NCBI GenBank assembly: GCA_965249485.1
Contig: OZ252239.1
Span: 2,560,001-2,624,000 of the forward strand
Source of the DNA: a bacterium
GTDB lineage: Bacteria; SM23-31
DNA: 64,000 bases
Direction of reading: 5' to 3'
Position 1 is the first letter of the stretch, and each line of letters opens with the position of its first letter. Both the position numbers and the translations under genes were made by a program. Of this stretch, positions 58,164 through 64,000 are shown piece after piece. The notes under the pieces were generated by a model, which ran no database searches, had not been told where the DNA came from, and saw only the letters and a list, made by a program, of their open reading frames with translations.

Positions 58164-59422
58164 ATGGAAAATATTAGTTACGAAGAAGCCGTCAGTTCTT
58201 TTAAACAACAGTTGGAAGAAGGTAATTTAGAGGAAGCAAATCGCTTAAAAAGAACGCATGACATAAAAAAGGTTGAGTATCTTGACAGCGTTTTGGGCTA
58301 TATTCAACATTTGTTGAAATCTAACAAAATTGATATACCACTTCAAATTAAAGATGAATACGCATTGCAACTCGAAGAAGTGAATTCTGTTTTGTTAAAA
58401 GGGGTTGAATTTCTACTTGGCGACAGAAAGAAAGAAAGTGTTGATAGGATTATTAAGGAATTCGGTTTAAAAAAAGATGCATGTACCAGTATAGTATCTA
58501 AAACTTATGATCAATATATTACGGACGCCATATATGATGAAGCTGCCGCATTAGCAAAGGAATTCAAACTCGGTGATGATAAAATTCTCAATGCAGCTTT
58601 TCTTGACTTTTCAATCAAACTAAAGCATAACAAGATTGAACAATCACAGGTCATTCGAGAAAAATACAAATTACCTGATGATAAGGTAAACAACAAAATC
58701 AATGAAATTTTTATAGATGATGTACAAAATAACCGGTTTGACCAGGCTAAAAAAATAAAAAATACTTTGAAATTGTCGTCTGATTTTTACGGGCCAATTA
58801 TTATATCTACTATCAAGTCACAACTTCAAGCAAAGAACCTGGATGGCGCAATGCGTTATTTTCAGGAGTTTGAAATATCACCTAATGATATTTCTTCAGA
58901 TACTATTGAATTATTAAATCAATATTTAGATAAGGACAGCTACAAACTTGCAAAAATTCTCGTACAAGAATTCAATGTTTCAAAGGAACAGTACAATACT
59001 CTATTATTGAAAACATTTGAGAAGAAAATCAACAGTACAAATTATGAATCGGCAAAATTTTTAATGAGAGAATTTAATCTTTCTTCAAAAGATACAGGAA
59101 CTCTTGTAAATAAAATTTTTGAAAATTTCTACCATCAAAAGCTGTTAGAGCGAGCAGTGAATTTCGGGAAAGATTTTAATGTGAATCCGAAGCTGTTACA
59201 TAAAGCTGCATGGGAGTTGTTCGACAAGAAGCTCGAAAAAACGACTTCCCAACAGCTGCAAAAGTTGCAACACAATTTCAATTGCCGAATGATCGTGTCA
59301 AATCTGAGGTTGATAAATTGATTGCAAAATTTAAATCGGAAAAGAACACCCGTAACATTGAGGCAATAAAAAGCTCATTTAAGCACCTTAAAAGTGGATT
59401 TCTATCCAAGTTTTTTAAATAA
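58164..59422 (+). CDS. 34-aa helical-repeat protein with one frameshift in the A6 run at 59236-59241
   Basis: About 12 repeats at an exact 34-aa period; one extra A restores ...LEKNDFPTAAKVATQFQLP...SGFLSKFFK; GAGG SD. Confidence 0.8.
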
Positions 59423-59856
59423 TCAGTTTTGTGGAGTCTCTCTCCTACTTTCTGAGTACTTCAGAAACTGATTCTGAAAAATCGGACCGTTCATATTTTT
59501 TTTGAAAACCCCCTTATACTTCTACCTTTAAGAGCTCTTGGATTTCTTTTTATAGAGCGAATTCATTCACAAAAAGAATTTTTGTAAATGGCTTGATTAT
59601 TGATTTACAATTAAGTTTCTTTACCAGTCATCTTTAGCTTGACCATATCATTCAAATCGCTTTTCTCTCGAATTATTGAAATTGCTTCGTTACCATCGAT
59701 GGTCTAGTCCGCTTTTTGCGACATTGACTAATCAACTAAGAGATTTGTTTGCTTTTACAAGCATTATTTGCTCCTGGAGTAATCGGAATTGGATTCCAAC
59801 AATTTTGATATCAATCGATTGATCGTTATAGCAATTTTTAGTAAAAATAGCCGACT

Positions 59857-61236
59857 CTAATGGATCAATACAACTCCCTCATTTGGTGGCTGTATATTTT
59901 CAACTCCATGGCTTGCTATAACTTGAGCATTTGAAATATTTAATGACAGTGGAAAACCAGGCCTTTCAGCAAGGTTCATATGGACCATATATTCAAATGC
60001 AAAAATATGATTTTCTTGAATGATTAAACGATGCGTGTCCGGCCGAAATTCTGCCATAGAGGGTCCGACTTCACCAGTATTGCCTAATGCGTGATTATCA
60101 ATGGAAATTCCTGCGACATCAGTTCCTTTATTTGCGAGCGCATTCTGTACTATTATATCACTTTTACCATCATCTTTAAAAGGTGTATAGATATAGCCTG
60201 CCTCTTCCATGGCTTTTACCATAGCATCCAAGGACTCACCAGCCGTCATGCCAACTCTCATATGCGGTCGCATGATCCATTGCCCAGCTATTGCTTTATC
60301 ATAAACTCTTTGTAAAAAATCAGGTAATTTTGTTTCTCCTTCCCGCAAAATATAGGCATAAATTTTAGTATCTACAGGAAAATTAATATGGCTATACCTT
60401 GGCCCGCCACCACCACCATAAAATAAATCACCACGTTGCAATGTGTAATTGGGAGACCCCATTTCGGACATATCGGAAACTGCCGAATAAACTACTCGAG
60501 CCCCAACTTCTCTTGCTGACGTGGCACCCGGCACAATAGTAGATAATCGTTGTAACTTACGCTGCCGGGCCATTGTCAATAAATGGGTCTGTGCTGCAAT
60601 TTCTCTGCTTGTTCTCCTCACAACGAAATCAAGAATAACATCTTCAGCTGACGTAATTCTTGCAGAATATTTTGGGCCTAAAATCTTATTAAGTTTCTGA
60701 AAAGCAGTGTACGAAATACCATCTGCTAAAGGGAGCCATTCCGAAAAATTTACTGCAATCGTATTTGGATCACGCTCTTCAATAAATTGTGTTATTTCGT
60801 CATAGATTTCGGGAATCGTAAAACTTTGACCCTTATCCATATTATTAAAATTATAACCGCCTAAAGCCATATTTACTGCGCGTGAACCACGCACGTCAAT
60901 ATTTTCAATAGCCCCTGAACTCATACCAAACATAGCTCTCTCGATTTTATTTCCAAGATCAGTAAAAATTAAATAACCGGAAGTTTCTCCAAAATGTAGA
61001 GCCAATTTGTCTCCACTTTCTTCATTGGCAAAGACCCCCTCCGCTCGAGTGACATGAATCCACATGTCCACGTTGTTGTCACGCATTGCTCCCGGCAGGA
61101 TTAGATCAAGTTTTTCGTTTCTTATCAGGCGTAGAATTTCCCTTTCGGTTTCCGGTGAATACCCTTCAGTCTGTGCCGTGGCAGCAGGCACTATTACCAT
61201 TACAGCGACCAAAATAATCATTACTCGTGTTAACAT
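59857..61236 (-). CDS. Secreted Xaa-Pro aminopeptidase-like protein (M24 fold), paralog 1
   Basis: Signal peptide; ILPGAMRDNNVDMWI, LQRGD, VDTK.YAYILR.GE, NHALGN and FAFEY. Confidence 0.75.
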   Translation of the reverse strand: MLTRVMIILVAVMVIVPAATAQTEGYSPETEREILRLIRNEKLDLILPGAMRDNNVDMWIHVTRAEGVFANEESGDKLALHFGETSGYLIFTDLGNKIERAMFGMSSGAIENIDVRGSRAVNMALGGYNFNNMDKGQSFTIPEIYDEITQFIEERDPNTIAVNFSEWLPLADGISYTAFQKLNKILGPKYSARITSAEDVILDFVVRRTSREIAAQTHLLTMARQRKLQRLSTIVPGATSAREVGARVVYSAVSDMSEMGSPNYTLQRGDLFYGGGGGPRYSHINFPVDTKIYAYILREGETKLPDFLQRVYDKAIAGQWIMRPHMRVGMTAGESLDAMVKAMEEAGYIYTPFKDDGKSDIIVQNALANKGTDVAGISIDNHALGNTGEVGPSMAEFRPDTHRLIIQENHIFAFEYMVHMNLAERPGFPLSLNISNAQVIASHGVENIQPPNEGVVLIH

Positions 61237-61642
61237 AGTAAGACCCTCCCTTGGTTAAAAGACGATAATTTGTCAAAACCATTGTTGACAGAATGTTTAT
61301 GTTCAGTTATGATTTTCGTAAATTTCTAATCACGAATTATATGAAATATGGATGAGCAATGCAGAAATATAGAGATTGCAATTAATGGTAAGTTATGACA
61401 TACTTAATTACAAGCATTATTTGTATTTCGGTTAGTTCGATAAAAGAATAAGAAGTTGGATTTAGCTAAATATCAGTAAACAATAGAATTGTTTTCAATT
61501 TCAAATAGCAATGGGTTGATTCGTAGAAGCCGGCATTTAATATTAGATTAACTGGAATAATGAATAAGCTAAAATAGCACCATACGACACCACCAACTCA
61601 TATAACAGGTAAAGCATCGTCTTCTCTTTCACAACCTGAGTC

Positions 61643-63010
61643 TCAATGGATTAGTATTATTTCCTCATTGGGCGGTTGAATATTTTCTACTCCCCTGCTG
61701 GTTATAATTTGCATATTTGAAATATTAAAAGCTAATGGATAACCGGGCCGTTCATCGATGTTCATATGGACCATATATTCAAAAGCAAAAAAATGGTTCT
61801 CTTGAATTTTCAAGTGATACGTATCTGTCCGAAATGGCCCCATTGAGGGTCCTTCTGCACCGTTGTTGCCTAAAGCGTGATTATCAATGGAAAATCCCGG
61901 TTTGTCTGTATCAGCGAGCACCCTCCGGACCATTTGATAGTCTCGTGCGCCATTATCTGTAAAAGGGGTATAGATATACCCGGCATCTTCCATGGCTTTG
62001 ATCATGGCTTCCATAGATTCTCCGGCGGTCATGCCGACTCTCATATGCGGCCGCATGATCCATTGTCCCGCTATTGCCGTATCAAAGGCTTTTTGTAAAA
62101 AATCGGGGACTTTTGTTTCCCCGTCTCTTAAGATGTAGCCATAATTTTTAGTGTCCACATCATACCCCAAATAGTCATACCAGTGATTATCATAAAAGAA
62201 ATCACCACGCTGTAAGGTGTAATGGCGAGAGCGTGTTTCGGACCGGTCTGAAACAGCCGAATATAAAACATTAACACCCGCCTCTCCTGCGGAAGTTACT
62301 CCCGGCACGATACTGTGTAATTTTTTTAAAGATTCCTGTCGGGATATTGCAAGCACATGGGCTTGTGCCCCGATTTCCCTGCTTGTTCTCCTTAACACGA
62401 AATCTAATATGACATTTTCTGCAGGGATGATTCTCTGAGAATACTTCGGCCCTAAAATTTTTTCCAGCTTTAAATATGAAGAGTGTGAAATGCCATCAGC
62501 TAGTGGAAGCCAATCGGAGGTATTAACAGCAATCGTTTTTGGATCACGCTCGGCAACGAATTGTGTTATTTCGCTGTAGACTTCGGGAATCGTGAACGTC
62601 TGAAGTTTGTCCAGATTGTTATAATTATAACCTCCCAAAGCCATGTTTACTTCGCGTGAACCGCGTACATCAATATTTTCAACAGCTCCTGAGCTCATGC
62701 CGAACATAGCCCGCTCGATCCTGTCTCCCAGGTCGCTAAAGATCAAATAGCCGGAGGTGTTTCCGAACTGCGGAGTCATTTTGTCTCCGTTACTGGAATT
62801 CGCAAAGATCCCCTGTCCACGGGTGACGTGAATCCACATGTCCACATTATTATCCCGCATGGCTCCCGGCAGAATGAGGTCAAGTTTTTCATTCCGAATT
62901 AATCGGAGAACTTCCACATCGGTCTCTGACGTATATCCTTGTGTCTGAGCATCTGCAACAGGTGCTGTTAATGTCACAGCAATTAAAAATAATATTACTC
63001 GAAATAGCAT
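61643..63010 (-). CDS. Secreted Xaa-Pro aminopeptidase-like protein (M24 fold), paralog 2
   Basis: Long identical blocks shared with 59857-61236. Confidence 0.75.
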   Translation of the reverse strand: MLFRVILFLIAVTLTAPVADAQTQGYTSETDVEVLRLIRNEKLDLILPGAMRDNNVDMWIHVTRGQGIFANSSNGDKMTPQFGNTSGYLIFSDLGDRIERAMFGMSSGAVENIDVRGSREVNMALGGYNYNNLDKLQTFTIPEVYSEITQFVAERDPKTIAVNTSDWLPLADGISHSSYLKLEKILGPKYSQRIIPAENVILDFVLRRTSREIGAQAHVLAISRQESLKKLHSIVPGVTSAGEAGVNVLYSAVSDRSETRSRHYTLQRGDFFYDNHWYDYLGYDVDTKNYGYILRDGETKVPDFLQKAFDTAIAGQWIMRPHMRVGMTAGESMEAMIKAMEDAGYIYTPFTDNGARDYQMVRRVLADTDKPGFSIDNHALGNNGAEGPSMGPFRTDTYHLKIQENHFFAFEYMVHMNIDERPGYPLAFNISNMQIITSRGVENIQPPNEEIILIH

Positions 63011-63208
63011 AAAAACACCCCTTTAATTGGTTGATATTAAAAAACTAAGGAAATCTACATAATCATTTGTATTTGTGTCTACTCAGAAGAAATTACACTT
63101 ATTCAGCGAATATGAACCATAAAGTATCATTATTTCTGGTTGAACATAAGTATAATATTGTTAAAATTTTATGGTGGAGATATTGATTTAAAAAATTGTT
63201 GAGGATAG

Positions 63209-63241
63209 AAAAGGACTTACAAAATAGTATCATAAGTCCTT
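63209..63241 (-). terminator. Hairpin downstream of tRNA-Leu
   Basis: AAGGACTTA-N13-TAAGTCCTT. Confidence 0.55.
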
Positions 63242-63253
63242 ATTTTGCACTTG

Positions 63254-63337
63254 TACCGAGGGCGGGACTTGAACCCGCACGGCCCAAAGGCCAATGGATT
63301 TTAAGTCCATTGCGTCTACCAATTCCGCCACCCCGGC
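63254..63337 (-). tRNA. tRNA-Leu(TAA)
   Basis: GCCGGGGTGGCGGAATTGGTAGACGC, ATGGA-CTTAAAA-TCCAT and a long variable arm. Confidence 0.97.
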
Positions 63338-63431
63338 ATAGTGTTAATATAATCAAGCTTCGTGCGTTTATGCAGGAATATTATATCTATTCGAAATTGT
63401 GTTTATAGACAGATTACTTACTTGAAAAAGA

Positions 63432-63456
63432 ATGCAGGCTTAAAAAATGCCTGCAT
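63432..63456 (-). terminator. Hairpin between tRNA-Cys and tRNA-Leu
   Basis: ATGCAGGC-N9-GCCTGCAT followed by TCTTTTT on the minus strand. Confidence 0.6.
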
Positions 63457-63492
63457 ACAATTTATAACTGTTGTGTTATGCTGTAACTTAAG

Positions 63493-63565
63493 AGGCGACG
63501 ATCGGATTCGAACCGATGAATAGAGGTTTTGCAGACCTCCGCCTTAGCCACTTGGCTACGTCGCC
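63493..63565 (-). tRNA. tRNA-Cys(GCA)
   Basis: GGCGACGTAGCCAAGTGG..GAGGT-CTGCAAA-ACCTC. Confidence 0.97.
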
Positions 63566-63569
63566 ATTG

Positions 63570-63641
63570 AGCGGGAGACGGGATTTGAACCCGCGACGTT
63601 CTCGTTGGCAACGAGATACTCTACCACTGAGTTACTCCCGC
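63570..63641 (-). tRNA. tRNA-Gly(GCC)
   Basis: GCGGGAGTAACTCAGTGG..CTCGT-TGCCA-ACGAG; Gly-Cys-Leu cluster order. Confidence 0.97.
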
Positions 63642-63853
63642 TAAAAAACGGCTCAAATATACTATTGTTTACGGTTATCTGCAATAGAAATGTTCTGGAA
63701 TATCAATAGATTTCTTATTTGAAAATGCCTGTTGTATTAATAAAACATACAAAATGTTTTATCAGGGACGTTTCACTTCTTTTTGCTTTACTATATTGAG
63801 AAATATTCATACTGTTATTATAAACATACTAATTATAAAAATATGGATGTGTA

Positions 63854-64000
63854 ATGAAATATCGCCGCATGCCAATGGAGTTTGAATCACCTGAAGAATT
63901 TGGTTTAGATAAAATCAATTATAATCTTGCTGAAAGTTCAGTGCCGGATGTCCACTACAGTGATTTACGAGTAGATTTATCCAGCTTAGTATTTTCGTAT
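63854..64000 (+). CDS. N-terminus of a probable PLP-dependent class I/II aminotransferase, cut by the window edge
   Basis: MKYRRMPMEFESPEE...YNLAESSVPD resembles this family's N-terminus. Confidence 0.6.
   Translation, partial: MKYRRMPMEFESPEEFGLDKINYNLAESSVPDVHYSDLRVDLSSLVFSY

Noticed and set aside
59510..59740. Possible receiver-domain remnant on the minus strand (DGNEAISII, KMTGKE, IKPF)
   Set aside because: The fragments are too short and broken to support without alignment.
46400..63253. One large island integrated at tRNA-Leu
   Set aside because: I found no duplicate of the tRNA-Leu 3' end and no integrase in the interval.
63196..63408. 70-aa ORF on the + strand
   Set aside because: It is antisense to tRNA-Leu.
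1..64000. CRISPR array, cas genes or rRNA
   Set aside because: No repeat-spacer array, cas-like ORF or rRNA-like sequence was seen.

Overview
An AT-rich bacterial chromosome segment using genetic code 11. Gene order (yajC-def-fmt-PASTA-rpe; thrS-infC-rpmI-rplT-pheST-zapA-6S-rny) and D-S/T sequon-rich envelope proteins suggest an FCB-group anaerobe, which is my inference. It contains housekeeping genes, a frameshifted PFOR with a DHODH-like partner, five tRNAs and 6S RNA. Main observations: (1) a dif-like site about 0.9 kb downstream of xerD, near the switch in gene orientation, so probably the replication terminus; (2) a 2.7-kb mini-element integrated in tRNA-Val(GAC), with an internally deleted integrase, several tiny ORFs and an outward promoter facing thrS; (3) two divergent genes built from one strict 34-aa helical repeat, both ending in amphipathic tails that may target the membrane; (4) an in-frame TGA followed by a weak SECIS-like hairpin in an amine-dehydrogenase-family gene; (5) an AUA start for infC; (6) candidate attenuators ahead of pyrK-pyrD and tRNA-Val; (7) a decayed accessory zone at 46.5-56.2 kb with an IS5 relic, a GC-rich TonB receptor and several pseudogenes. 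Isolated single-base frameshifts may be assembly errors. All calls were made by eye, with no database searches.
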